From: Candidatus Curtissbacteria bacterium RIFCSPHIGHO2_01_FULL_41_11 | Lineage (GTDB): Bacteria; Patescibacteriota; Microgenomatia; Curtissbacterales; GWA2-41-24 | DNA: 64,000 nt | Assembly: GCA_001776335.1 (NCBI GenBank) | Contig: MFAZ01000043.1 | Location: forward strand, 3,984 to 67,983 | Direction of reading: 5' to 3' | Shown: positions 20,218 to 29,629 of the stretch, piece after piece | How positions within the stretch are numbered: the first letter of the stretch is position 1 | Layout of the letters: each line of letters starts with the position of its first letter | Translations under genes and position numbers: made by a program | Notes under the pieces: generated by a model | The model's input: only the letters and a program-made list of their open reading frames with translations | The model's database searches: none | What the model was told of the DNA's origin: nothing

Positions 20218-23012
20218 GCGGTCTTTAATTTTCCTACGTCAACAGAAAAAAAGTTTTCAATTGATAATGTTTGTTTTTTAATCGTTTCTCCGAGTATCTT
20301 GTATGGAACATTTTTAAATAATTTATGCGCTTGTTCTTTACCTTTAACTTCCACAATAAAACAGCCGGCAGTCTCGTTGAAAAGAAAATAATCGGGTCTT
20401 ACTTTTTTATCGGTGATGATTTTCGCACCCATTGTTCCTCCAAGACACATTTCAAAAATCGCAGTTATAATTCCCCCTTCAGAAACATCGTGACACGAAA
20501 GAATTTTGCCATTTGAAATACCCTGATTTATTACATCCAAAACTTTAGGCAGAATTTTAAGATCTATTTTTGGAACGCTTTCTCCAAGAAGCTCGTTTTT
20601 GCTGAAATACACAGTACCGCCCATTGATGACATATCCATCTTTCCTACTTGTACAATGGTTGACCCAGTTTTTTTAAAGTCTGAAGAGGTGGTCTTTTTG
20701 ACGTCTGGTATTTTTCCAAAAACTGATATACACAGAACCGGCGGAATTTTTAGGACGAAGCCGTCATCTGATCGATATGTTGAGGAAAGGCTGTCTTTGC
20801 CGGAAATTACCGGAATTTTTAAGGTCTTCATAAAATCAACAACGGCTGTGACGGATCTATCCAGGGATCCTAAAGACTCTTCGTCCGGAAATGGCCAAAT
20901 ATAATTGTTGACTAGCGATGCGTCTTGATAGATTCCGCCAACGGCAACATAATTTGAAATTGCTTCTGTTGCCGCCCAAATACTTCCCCAATACGGGTCG
21001 ATTCTGTTTAAGATTGGGTTTAATCCGTGGGCGACAACCATTCCATATGGTTTGCCCAAAATAGGCCGGATTACTGCAGCATCATTAGGTCCATCATAAG
21101 ATTCTCCTGTAAATGGCTGAAGAACACTTGTTCCTTGGACGGTATGGTCATACATTCTAAGAATTGGTTCTTTAGAACATATATTTCCGTCTGACAGTAC
21201 GTCTTGCAAAGTTTTTATCCATTCGGTTTGGTTTTTGGGAATCTTTGGCGATTTATTTTCTTTTGATTTGGATTTAGCAACCTCTTCCGCATTCATTACC
21301 CTTTGCGGCAATCCTTCGTGCAGAAATTGCATTTCCAAATCGCAAACTTTTTCGCTGCCATAGAAAACTTTTAGTTTTTTGGTGTCGTCGAAAGTTCCTA
21401 ATGTTGAAATTTCGACGTTATATTTTCCGCAGATTTTTTTGAACTTATTGATTTTATTTTTTGGGATTGCAAGGACTATTCTTTCTTGGGATTCAGATAA
21501 CCAAATTTCCCAAGGGTTTAGCCCTTGGTATTTTAGCCTCTCATTTTTGAGTTGAACCGATACTCCGGTTTCGGCACCCATTTCCCCTATTGCTGATGAG
21601 AGGCCGCCGCCGCCGCTGTCTTGCATCGCACGTATGCAGTCTTGATCGCGAGCTTCAATAATTGCATCGAAAGTCCTTTTTTCTTCTATTGCATTACCTA
21701 TTTGGACTGCTTGGGCGTTGACTGTTATTGTCCTTTGAGTCATTTCACCCGAAGAAAATGTTGCTCCGTGTATTCCGTCCCTACCTACCCTTCCACCAAT
21801 ACTTACAACAACATCACTTTTTTGAACTTTACCCTTTTTGGCGTATTTTTTTGGAAGAATTCCGTATGCACCAACTAATATTGTCGGCTTGGCGCGAAAA
21901 TCGTCGTGGAAATGGAAGGAGCCATTATTGGTTGGAATACCCATTCTGTTTCCGTAATCACGGACGGCTGATACGACTCGGGAAAGAATGTATCTTGGGG
22001 GCAGAGAACCCTTTGGAAGCTTTTTCGGATTCAGGTCCCAGTTTGCAAGACAAAATATATCTGTAGAAATCACAGTTTTTGCTCCTTGTCCTGTCGCTAC
22101 GATATCCCTGAAAACTCCTCCGCTTCCAGTCATAGCACCACCGTATGGTTCTATTGCAGAAGGACTGTTGTGGGTTTCTCCTTTTCCGTTAATTGCCCAT
22201 CCGTCATAGAAATCCATTACCCCTGCATTGTCGACGAAGGCTGAAACGATATTCTTCTTATGCTTAAATGCTTCTTTTTTAAGCCGCGTAATAAAAGGCT
22301 CTTTTTCTTTTCCGCCAACAATTATTTTTGCCCTAAATGTTTTATGACCAGAGTGTTCGCTCCAAGTTTGTGCAAGAGTTTCGATCTCGCAATCTGTAGG
22401 CTCTCTTTCAATTTTTTTGAAATAGTTTTGGATCACTTTCATTTCTTCAAGATTAAGAAAAAGTTTATCTTTTGAAAGATTCATAAGTTCTTCGTCTGAT
22501 ATATTTCGTATTGTCAGAGTTTGAGTTTTGCCAACTTTGCCCGTTATTAAAAGAGTCTTGGGCCTTTGATCTACTATATGTTCTATCAGTGGGTTATATA
22601 GACGTAGTTTGGCTATGAGATTTTTTGCTTCACCTCTTGTAAGTTCTCCGAAAAACACATATTCCCATGACGAATCTGCTGCCGTTAGTTTTATTCCTAA
22701 ATCTTTTGCCGCCTTAAGGAGCGAGCCGACTTCCGGATTCATCACTCCGGGTTTGTAAGCAACTTCTATCGTTTGGTTTGCATCTTTTAAGATAGACCCG
22801 TTGTATGAAACATTCTGGTCAATTTCTTCATATAAAACTTTTTGGGTGAATTTTTTAAGATCTGGTTTCGAAATTCCTTCAAGGCGGTAGACTTTTACCG
22901 TCCTTATTTTTTTAATGGGATATGTTTTAAGTGCTCTTTTAATTTCGGTGAGTAGATCTTCGCCCCGCGAATCCCGTTCTGCTTTTGATGTAACTCTAAC
23001 TTCGTAAATCAT
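20181..23012 (-). CDS. purL: Phosphoribosylformylglycinamidine synthase II with an N-terminal PurS-like domain (PurS-PurL fusion)
   Basis: 943 aa. The first ~80 aa (MIYEVRVTSKAERDSRGEDLLTEIKRALKTYPIKKIRTVKVYRLEG) resemble PurS, followed by the PurL AIRS/AIRS_C duplications. Confidence 0.85.
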   Translation of the reverse strand: MIYEVRVTSKAERDSRGEDLLTEIKRALKTYPIKKIRTVKVYRLEGISKPDLKKFTQKVLYEEIDQNVSYNGSILKDANQTIEVAYKPGVMNPEVGSLLKAAKDLGIKLTAADSSWEYVFFGELTRGEAKNLIAKLRLYNPLIEHIVDQRPKTLLITGKVGKTQTLTIRNISDEELMNLSKDKLFLNLEEMKVIQNYFKKIEREPTDCEIETLAQTWSEHSGHKTFRAKIIVGGKEKEPFITRLKKEAFKHKKNIVSAFVDNAGVMDFYDGWAINGKGETHNSPSAIEPYGGAMTGSGGVFRDIVATGQGAKTVISTDIFCLANWDLNPKKLPKGSLPPRYILSRVVSAVRDYGNRMGIPTNNGSFHFHDDFRAKPTILVGAYGILPKKYAKKGKVQKSDVVVSIGGRVGRDGIHGATFSSGEMTQRTITVNAQAVQIGNAIEEKRTFDAIIEARDQDCIRAMQDSGGGGLSSAIGEMGAETGVSVQLKNERLKYQGLNPWEIWLSESQERIVLAIPKNKINKFKKICGKYNVEISTLGTFDDTKKLKVFYGSEKVCDLEMQFLHEGLPQRVMNAEEVAKSKSKENKSPKIPKNQTEWIKTLQDVLSDGNICSKEPILRMYDHTVQGTSVLQPFTGESYDGPNDAAVIRPILGKPYGMVVAHGLNPILNRIDPYWGSIWAATEAISNYVAVGGIYQDASLVNNYIWPFPDEESLGSLDRSVTAVVDFMKTLKIPVISGKDSLSSTYRSDDGFVLKIPPVLCISVFGKIPDVKKTTSSDFKKTGSTIVQVGKMDMSSMGGTVYFSKNELLGESVPKIDLKILPKVLDVINQGISNGKILSCHDVSEGGIITAIFEMCLGGTMGAKIITDKKVRPDYFLFNETAGCFIVEVKGKEQAHKLFKNVPYKILGETIKKQTLSIENFFSVDVGKLKTAWQKPMKEIFHT

Positions 23013-24309
23013 TTTTTTTGAGCCTTTCTAAGTCACGCCAACCAATATCGGTCCTGTAATGCAAATTATCCCCTTCGATAAATAATTGTGACATAGCTTC
23101 GTATACTTTCTTTCTCGCATCAATTACTGTTTTTCCTTCCGCCACGACATGGAACAATCTTCCTGATGAGACAAAATACCTATCTTTTTCGCGTTTTACC
23201 CGAGCGCCATACATCGTCACATCTTTTAATTTGAGCACTTTTTTCAAACCGAATAGTTCTCTTTGTTTTTCTGGAATTCCAGGTTTAAGTGAACCAGTGA
23301 CGGCTACTCTGGCATTTCCGTCGGTCTTAATCTTTATATCATCAAGGGTGCCTTTTGAAACATGGACTGCGATTTCAAAGATATCGCTTTGTATTCCCGG
23401 AACAAGCACTTCTGCTTCCGGACTTCCCCAGCGTGCATTGAATTCAATGACAAAAACTTTATTATTGACAACAATTGCACCAAGGTAAAGAACTCCTTTG
23501 TATTGCCGTCCTTCTACTGCAAGACCTTGTATTGTTTTTTTTATGATTAATTCTGCCTGTTTGTAAATATTCTCGTTAACAATTAAGGGTGGGGTACTGC
23601 AACCTATCCCTCCAGTATTTGGGCCTTTGTCAGCATCGTAAAGTCTCTTGTGATCTTGTGCGCTTCCCACAATTTGAAATGTTTTGCCATCCGTTATTGC
23701 GAACATCGAGAATTCTTCTCCATCAAGCCATTGTTCAATTAAAAATGTTTCGCCTGCTTTTTTGAACTTTGACATTTGATCAATCGCATCAAAAGCCTGT
23801 TTGGTGTTTTCCGCTGGAATTGCTCCTTTTCCCTCAGCGAGTCCTGCCGCTTTTATGAAAAATCTTTTGTTTGGATTTTTGCTTATGAATTCTTTTGCGG
23901 GTTTTGTGGAATTAAAAACTCTATAAACGGGGGTGGGGATTTTATATTTTTTCATAAAATTACGTGCCCAAGCCTTATCCCACTCTATTTGGCCAGCCAT
24001 CCTAGTAGGTCCCAGTGTCATGATTCCTGTTTTTATTAAGTGATCTGTCAAACCTGCTTCCACGGCGTTGTCTTGGGCAACATCCACCAAAGTGACATTC
24101 TCCCTTTTGGAAATGTTGACTATTTCTTTTACGTCTGTGGTTTTGAGATCTGGGAAGATTTTTAAATTTTTTGTAGTATTGAGACCCATTAGGTCATTTC
24201 CTGGTACTGCAAGTAATTTTCCTACGTGTTTACTTTGAGAATATTTGTGGATTAAGGCGGCTCCTCTGCCCCCTGCGTCTACTACAAGAACAGTTGCGCT
24301 TTTTACCAT
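22996..24309 (-). CDS. purD: Phosphoribosylamine-glycine ligase
   Basis: 437 aa ATP-grasp GARS family. Confidence 0.9.
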   Translation of the reverse strand: MVKSATVLVVDAGGRGAALIHKYSQSKHVGKLLAVPGNDLMGLNTTKNLKIFPDLKTTDVKEIVNISKRENVTLVDVAQDNAVEAGLTDHLIKTGIMTLGPTRMAGQIEWDKAWARNFMKKYKIPTPVYRVFNSTKPAKEFISKNPNKRFFIKAAGLAEGKGAIPAENTKQAFDAIDQMSKFKKAGETFLIEQWLDGEEFSMFAITDGKTFQIVGSAQDHKRLYDADKGPNTGGIGCSTPPLIVNENIYKQAELIIKKTIQGLAVEGRQYKGVLYLGAIVVNNKVFVIEFNARWGSPEAEVLVPGIQSDIFEIAVHVSKGTLDDIKIKTDGNARVAVTGSLKPGIPEKQRELFGLKKVLKLKDVTMYGARVKREKDRYFVSSGRLFHVVAEGKTVIDARKKVYEAMSQLFIEGDNLHYRTDIGWRDLERLKKNDLRS

Positions 24310-24322
24310 GGGTTATTTTACT

Positions 24323-24931
24323 TTACGCACAAAGCTTTTGCAAAACTTTTACATAAAGAGCGTTTTCTTTTTTCTTGAGTCTTGTGTAGAGAGAATCAAC
24401 CGTATCATACTTTTGGGTTTTCACAAAAGCCCTTTCTAAAACCGGCCCAAAATCAAATTCATGAGTTAGGAAGTGAATACTGGAGCCGGCATACGTGGCT
24501 CTTTTATCGAGAAAGTTTTGGATAGCAACATTTGCCAACTTACCTTTATTCCAAATTGCATCTGTGCCATCCGGATTTTTAAATTTTACATTTTTGGTAT
24601 CTGGAATAATTCCGGGGTGGATATTCAAGATTCTTTTGGGAAATTTATCTATTACTTCGTCAGTTACTATTTGTTTCCACCCTGCAAGTGCGATGTAATC
24701 GGGTTTGTAACGTTCTAAAATTTTTATTAAATCTTCTTTTTTGGGAGAAATCGCAATTTTTATTTTGTGTTTTTTTGCTCTTGCTAGGCCTTTTGCGCCT
24801 GGTGTGTCGCTGATTACTATAACAATTTCAGCGTTAATTTCTTTTTTTTCGGTCGCGTCAATAATTGCCTGGAGATTGGTGCCTGTTCCGTAATTAGAGA
24901 TTAGAACAGCTAGCTTCTTCATTGAATGCAA
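24323..24931 (-). CDS. purN: Phosphoribosylglycinamide formyltransferase
   Basis: 202 aa. Formyl_trans_N, NIHPGIIPD-like motif. Confidence 0.85.
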   Translation of the reverse strand: MHSMKKLAVLISNYGTGTNLQAIIDATEKKEINAEIVIVISDTPGAKGLARAKKHKIKIAISPKKEDLIKILERYKPDYIALAGWKQIVTDEVIDKFPKRILNIHPGIIPDTKNVKFKNPDGTDAIWNKGKLANVAIQNFLDKRATYAGSSIHFLTHEFDFGPVLERAFVKTQKYDTVDSLYTRLKKKENALYVKVLQKLCA

Positions 24932-25032
24932 AAAAGTCTGAACTCCACTGAGCTTCTTTCATCCGACATTAAATTTGGGCAATTAATGCTTATATTATAT
25001 ATGAAATTAGCTCTGATTTTAAATCTTGACGA

Positions 25033-25251
25033 TTACTTCTCGTCTTTGAGGTATATTCCTAAAACTCCGAGTACTCCAGCTACAAGAAATAGTTGTGTGG
25101 GAGCTACATCGGTAAAATAATTTCTAGTAACTGATTCAAACACTGCTACCAAAATGAATAAGACTGTTAGAGCAATTAATATTTGTGAAATCGGATTGTC
25201 TTTTGATTTTTTAAATAAAGCTTTTTTGGCCATAATTATATATTGACGCAT
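25033..25251 (-). CDS. Small membrane protein (2 TM), hypothetical
   Basis: 72-aa hydrophobic ORF with no other support. Confidence 0.3.
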   Translation of the reverse strand: MRQYIIMAKKALFKKSKDNPISQILIALTVLFILVAVFESVTRNYFTDVAPTQLFLVAGVLGVLGIYLKDEK

Positions 25252-25311
25252 AACAGTTGCGATGTCAAATTAATTGAAGTTGTTGCTCATTTTTGATAGA
25301 ATTGCTTACTA

Positions 25312-25742
25312 CTTTAGGGAAGAAGGGCGATCGCTACGCTCAGTTTATATGAACGTAGAGGAAAGTCCAGACAGCAGAAAGCAGGGTGCGGGGCGTAAGC
25401 TCCGACGCGTATCCTTCGATAAGCTCAGGGTAACCCGAGTAAATTGAAGGGTCAAGCGCTAGTATCCCGAGTACCGAAAAGGAAAGGGGGCGGATTCTGA
25501 ACTGACAGGATTCGAGAGCCACAGTGACGATTAGATCCTAAGTCCGTCAGCTGACGGATATGGGTCGAAATGAAACGGTAAAGGTAATCCTCCCTGCTGC
25601 AACCCAGAACAAAGCCAATAATCATGCTTTCGAGGGGGCTTTAAATAGGGGCATCCGCCGGAGAGGCGGACGAATTGATGAATATCATTTCGAGATAGAT
25701 GATCGCATTTTAACAAAATCTGGCTTACTCACTTCCCTAAAG
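25312..25742 (+). ncRNA. rnpB: RNase P RNA (bacterial ribozyme)
   Basis: Perfect 11-bp P1 helix CTTTAGGGAAG (25312-25322) pairing with CTTCCCTAAAG (25732-25742). CR-I-like GAGGAAAGTCCAGAC at 25358, GCAGGGTGC, CCACAGTGACGA, a CR-III-like AACAAAGCCAATAAT...GAGGGGG, and CR-V-like ACAAAATCTGGCTTAC at 25713. GC-rich structured island producing only noise ORFs, followed by a T-run. Confidence 0.75.
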
Positions 25743-25751
25743 TTTTTTTGC

Positions 25752-26780
25752 TTACTCTTCTATCAGTCCGTCTTCCAACTTTTGATCCTCCATCAACAGT
25801 TCTTTTATAAGTATTTTTACAACAACTATTATAGGGATTGCGAAAAAGGCACCGCCTACTCCAGAAAGCTTGGCACCAATAAGAAGGGCCAGTATTACTG
25901 CCGGCGGCTGCAAACCAACTACTTTGGACATGACCATTGGTACTATTAAGTGATTTTCCAGCTGCTGCACAACGACGTACATTGCAATTGTCGCAAGACC
26001 AAGCACCGGTGAAATGCTAAGCCCAACAAGAACGCCAGGAATTGCAGCAATTAGAGGGCCAATTATCGGAATGATTTCAAACATTCCAGATATTAATGCC
26101 AAGGGCAATGCGTATGGGACATTAAGAATAATAAGCCCGATGTAAGTAAAAACACCAACAACTACTGATAGGGCCAACTGACCGCGAATCCAGCTACCAA
26201 GACCTTTTTCGACTTTGGAAATTATACTTACAACCTTTTTTTCCTGTCTTCCGGAAAACGGAGAGGATATGACTCTGACTATGTTTTTCCATTCCAAAAT
26301 CAAATAAAAAGTGAAGACTAAAAGAGTTAAAAGCAAAATTATACTTGAGAGGATTGCTTTTGAGATGTCAATTACGTTGCCGGCAAAACTCTGAACCTGC
26401 TGGGTTAAGACCCGGGCGAAATCTTCTGTTGGAATTTTGTTAAATACAAGAAAATCGTTAACTGTGGAAACAATCCGGGGAATTCCTGATATAAAATCTG
26501 ATGTTTGAGCAACCAGTGGCGGAACGATAATGGCAATAGTCGCCGAAAGCAGTCCAATTACAATTATATATACCAAAAGAGTCGCGAGTGCGCGCGGGAC
26601 CCTTTTTGCAGTCAACCATTCTACGGGCTTTAGGAGTGCAGATAGTACGATTGCTGAAAGAAAAAGGAAAATTATAATTTCTTTAAGCTGAATGATGAGC
26701 CAAAGACCAATTAAAAAAGCGGTTGTAAAAACAACAGTTTTATATGAAACCTCTACTCTTACGGGAGATTTTTCAAGCAT
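25752..26780 (-). CDS. AI-2E family transporter (PerM/YdiK/TqsA-like permease)
   Basis: 342 aa, 8 TM, AI-2E family signature regions. Confidence 0.85.
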   Translation of the reverse strand: MLEKSPVRVEVSYKTVVFTTAFLIGLWLIIQLKEIIIFLFLSAIVLSALLKPVEWLTAKRVPRALATLLVYIIVIGLLSATIAIIVPPLVAQTSDFISGIPRIVSTVNDFLVFNKIPTEDFARVLTQQVQSFAGNVIDISKAILSSIILLLTLLVFTFYLILEWKNIVRVISSPFSGRQEKKVVSIISKVEKGLGSWIRGQLALSVVVGVFTYIGLIILNVPYALPLALISGMFEIIPIIGPLIAAIPGVLVGLSISPVLGLATIAMYVVVQQLENHLIVPMVMSKVVGLQPPAVILALLIGAKLSGVGGAFFAIPIIVVVKILIKELLMEDQKLEDGLIEE

Positions 26781-27721
26781 TAAGCACTATGATACCAAGC
26801 CTCGACTGTTTTTTCTAATTTTTGGAAATAACTTGGGTTTGAAATATCAAAAATTTTAATATCTTTAAATTTGTTAAACCATGTTTTTTGTCTTCTGATA
26901 AGATCGTGAATGTCTCCTTTTAACCTTTCTTGAGCCTCAGGTTTGGTAGTTTTGCCGGTTAAAAATCGTGATATCCACCTGTACTCCAGCCCTATATCAT
27001 CTAACCATTCCTGGCTTACCCCATTTTTGATTAATGAGTCTATCTCTTCCACTAAATTGTGTTCTAATCGGGTCTCGAGCCAAATGTCTGATTTTTTGTA
27101 TAGATAGTTATTTGGCGCGGTTAGGCCAATGAGTAAAAAGTTTGTAGGTGGTAGAGGGTGGACAGTAGATGGTTCTTTGTTGGTATAGGTGGCTATTTCA
27201 ATAGCACGGATCAAACGGCGGGGATTCTTTTTGTCGGATTGATTCATCGATTCGACGCGAGCAGGATTGAGTTTTGCTAGCATTTTGTAAAGTTCTTCTG
27301 TAGATAACCTTTCAAGTTCTTGACGAAGTTTTAAATTTGAGGGTATGCCTGAAGAATTAATGCCCTTTAGGAGACTGTTTATGTAAAATCCAGTTCCCCC
27401 TGTGATTATTGGTAGTTTGTTTTCGTCTGTTATTTGTTTGATTTTTAATGTAGCTATCTTGATGAAATCTGCGGCTGTGAAGCGTTTTCCTGCGCCAATA
27501 ATATCGAATCCGTGAATTTTAACTCCGTTTACTATCCAGTAGCCTTCATATTTTTCAACTCTTGAATCAAAACTTACTTTTCCTGTCCCTATGTCCAGTT
27601 TTTTATAGACTTGCCTGGAATCAGCAGAAATAATTTCACCTTCAAATTTTTTTGCCAGTTTTATAGATAGACTCGTTTTACCGGTTACTGTCGGACCATA
27701 GATTATTAATACTTTATTCAT
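26780..27721 (-). CDS. miaA: tRNA dimethylallyltransferase
   Basis: 313 aa. P-loop GPTVTGKT and ISADSRQVYKKLDIGTGK. Confidence 0.9.
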   Translation of the reverse strand: MNKVLIIYGPTVTGKTSLSIKLAKKFEGEIISADSRQVYKKLDIGTGKVSFDSRVEKYEGYWIVNGVKIHGFDIIGAGKRFTAADFIKIATLKIKQITDENKLPIITGGTGFYINSLLKGINSSGIPSNLKLRQELERLSTEELYKMLAKLNPARVESMNQSDKKNPRRLIRAIEIATYTNKEPSTVHPLPPTNFLLIGLTAPNNYLYKKSDIWLETRLEHNLVEEIDSLIKNGVSQEWLDDIGLEYRWISRFLTGKTTKPEAQERLKGDIHDLIRRQKTWFNKFKDIKIFDISNPSYFQKLEKTVEAWYHSA

Positions 27722-27865
27722 TTGATCTTTATATTTTATATTTCCAGCTTATATTCGCACGTAGAAAATCCTACACTCTTAGTGTAGGGATGAGTGCAAA
27801 AAAAAGCGAATACATACTTTTGGGGGTCAAAGCCTAAAAGTAATAGAGAAGGTTATAATAATTTT

Positions 27866-29620
27866 ATGAAAGAATTAAATTTAAGAGAATTTTTGTTAAA
27901 ACGCCTTCCAGTTTTAGCTCTTTTTATAGTAATTGCTTTTCATTTATCACTTATAAATAAAACTTTTAGCGAGGACTCAAATGGAAATCTCAGGGCTGCT
28001 TCTGCCGGATATGGAGATATTCCTTTCCATATGACCCAAGTAAGTAAATTTGCATTTCAAAAAAATTTCAATTTCAACGAGCCTATATATGACGGAGAAA
28101 GGTTGCGATATGCATTCGGTATAAACCTGATAAGCGGTTTTCTGTTGCGCTACACCAACAGTTGGCCTCTTGCGATGCATCTGCCTGCAATGGGGTTTAT
28201 GGTTGCAGGTATCATCCTGACGTATCTGAGTTACCGGTTGTTTTTGAAATCAGAAACAGGAGCCGTGATTGCGGTTGTCATATTTTTGCTGGGTTCGGGA
28301 TTTGGGGCAGGTTATCTGTTTCGCGATTATTCACAAAGTACGAACATTTCGAATACTAGTTTTTTTCAGTATATAACCGATACTACCGCTTCAACCATTA
28401 CGAAATGGAATGCAATATATCCTGACCAAAATATCGCTTGGGGTGCGCCTCTTTCGCTTGTCTTTTTACACCAGCGAGCTTTTTTTATCGGATTTTTTTT
28501 GTTTTCTCTGTTTTGGTATCTACTTTGGAATTGGATTAAATATCCAGATAAGGTGAAGTGGGTACTTTTGCTTGGTGTAGTCGTGGGGCTTACTCCACTT
28601 GCTCATTACCATTCCTTTGTTGCAATGCTGGTGGTGCTTGGAGTGGTTGCTTTTGTTGGAATTATCAAACAAAAAAAAGTACTTGTAATACGTCTTATTC
28701 TTCTGGGTTTTATTATTTTAGTTTTGGCAATACCTCAGGTTTTATATCTCGTTCAGGGTAAAAGTAATTTGACTTCTTCTCAAAATTCGTTTCTTCAACT
28801 TCGGCTTGGTTGGATGAGTCAACCAACAACGGGTTCGATTCAATTTCCTTCTGAGTCTGATGTCTCTGGCAGAGTCATAGCTTTTTTAAATTTCTTATGG
28901 ATAAATTTTGGAATTATTCTGCCCATGTTTATATTTAGCACTGGAGTATCTTTAAAATCTAAAAGATTCAGGGAACGTTTTGGCGGTGTGTTAATTTTGT
29001 CGCTTGCAGCAATAGTGTTATTTTTATCGGTACAACTTATTAGATTCCAACCTTGGGATTACGATGATAATAAGATTTTGGTCTATTTCCAATTTTTCGC
29101 AGCACCGGTAATTGTCTCATTTTTTTTATGGCTTTTGGCATATAGAAAATTGGTGGGGCGCATTTTACTTGCAGCGTTCACCGTAGTTGCAATTCATTCA
29201 GGTGTGGTTGATCAAATTCCGCGTCTTTTGGTTAGCATAGATGATACACCTGTTATTTTTAACAGGGACGCTATTTCTCTTGCCGAATTTATAAAAGAGT
29301 ATATTCCAGCAGATAAAAAAATAATAACAACATCCACTCATTTGAACCCAGTTGCGTCACTTGCAGGTAGATCTGTTTTTGTCGGATATCCTGGTTGGCT
29401 ATGGACGCGTGGAATTGATTATAGTTTGCGAGAGTCGCATCTTAAGGAATTTTACGCTGACCCTATCGCTAATTTAAATAAGTCCTACATCAGTCAAGCA
29501 TATTATGTGCTTCTTGATCCGACAGCTGTTTATGATTGGAAAGCCTCCGAAGAAGTTTTTGATGAAAAATTAAACAGGATTTTTAGCAACGATACTTACA
29601 GTTTTTACAAATTAAGATAA
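27866..29620 (+). CDS. Large polytopic membrane protein, putative GT-C fold glycosyltransferase
   Basis: The start is set at the internal MKELNLREF ATG, which lies 6 nt after a TATAAT box at 27854-27859. About 14 TM with periplasmic loops. Paired with a GT39 gene downstream. Confidence 0.4.
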   Translation: MKELNLREFLLKRLPVLALFIVIAFHLSLINKTFSEDSNGNLRAASAGYGDIPFHMTQVSKFAFQKNFNFNEPIYDGERLRYAFGINLISGFLLRYTNSWPLAMHLPAMGFMVAGIILTYLSYRLFLKSETGAVIAVVIFLLGSGFGAGYLFRDYSQSTNISNTSFFQYITDTTASTITKWNAIYPDQNIAWGAPLSLVFLHQRAFFIGFFLFSLFWYLLWNWIKYPDKVKWVLLLGVVVGLTPLAHYHSFVAMLVVLGVVAFVGIIKQKKVLVIRLILLGFIILVLAIPQVLYLVQGKSNLTSSQNSFLQLRLGWMSQPTTGSIQFPSESDVSGRVIAFLNFLWINFGIILPMFIFSTGVSLKSKRFRERFGGVLILSLAAIVLFLSVQLIRFQPWDYDDNKILVYFQFFAAPVIVSFFLWLLAYRKLVGRILLAAFTVVAIHSGVVDQIPRLLVSIDDTPVIFNRDAISLAEFIKEYIPADKKIITTSTHLNPVASLAGRSVFVGYPGWLWTRGIDYSLRESHLKEFYADPIANLNKSYISQAYYVLLDPTAVYDWKASEEVFDEKLNRIFSNDTYSFYKLR

Positions 29621-29629
29621 CATATAAGT

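Noticed and set aside
25485-25660. Possible tmRNA (GGGGGCGGATTCTG…GGATTCGAG resembles the tmRNA 5' end)
   Set aside because: No tag reading frame ending in ALAA-like residues and no T-arm/CCA 3' end. The segment sits inside a molecule with a perfect P1 helix and CR-I/CR-V motifs, so it is assigned to RNase P RNA.
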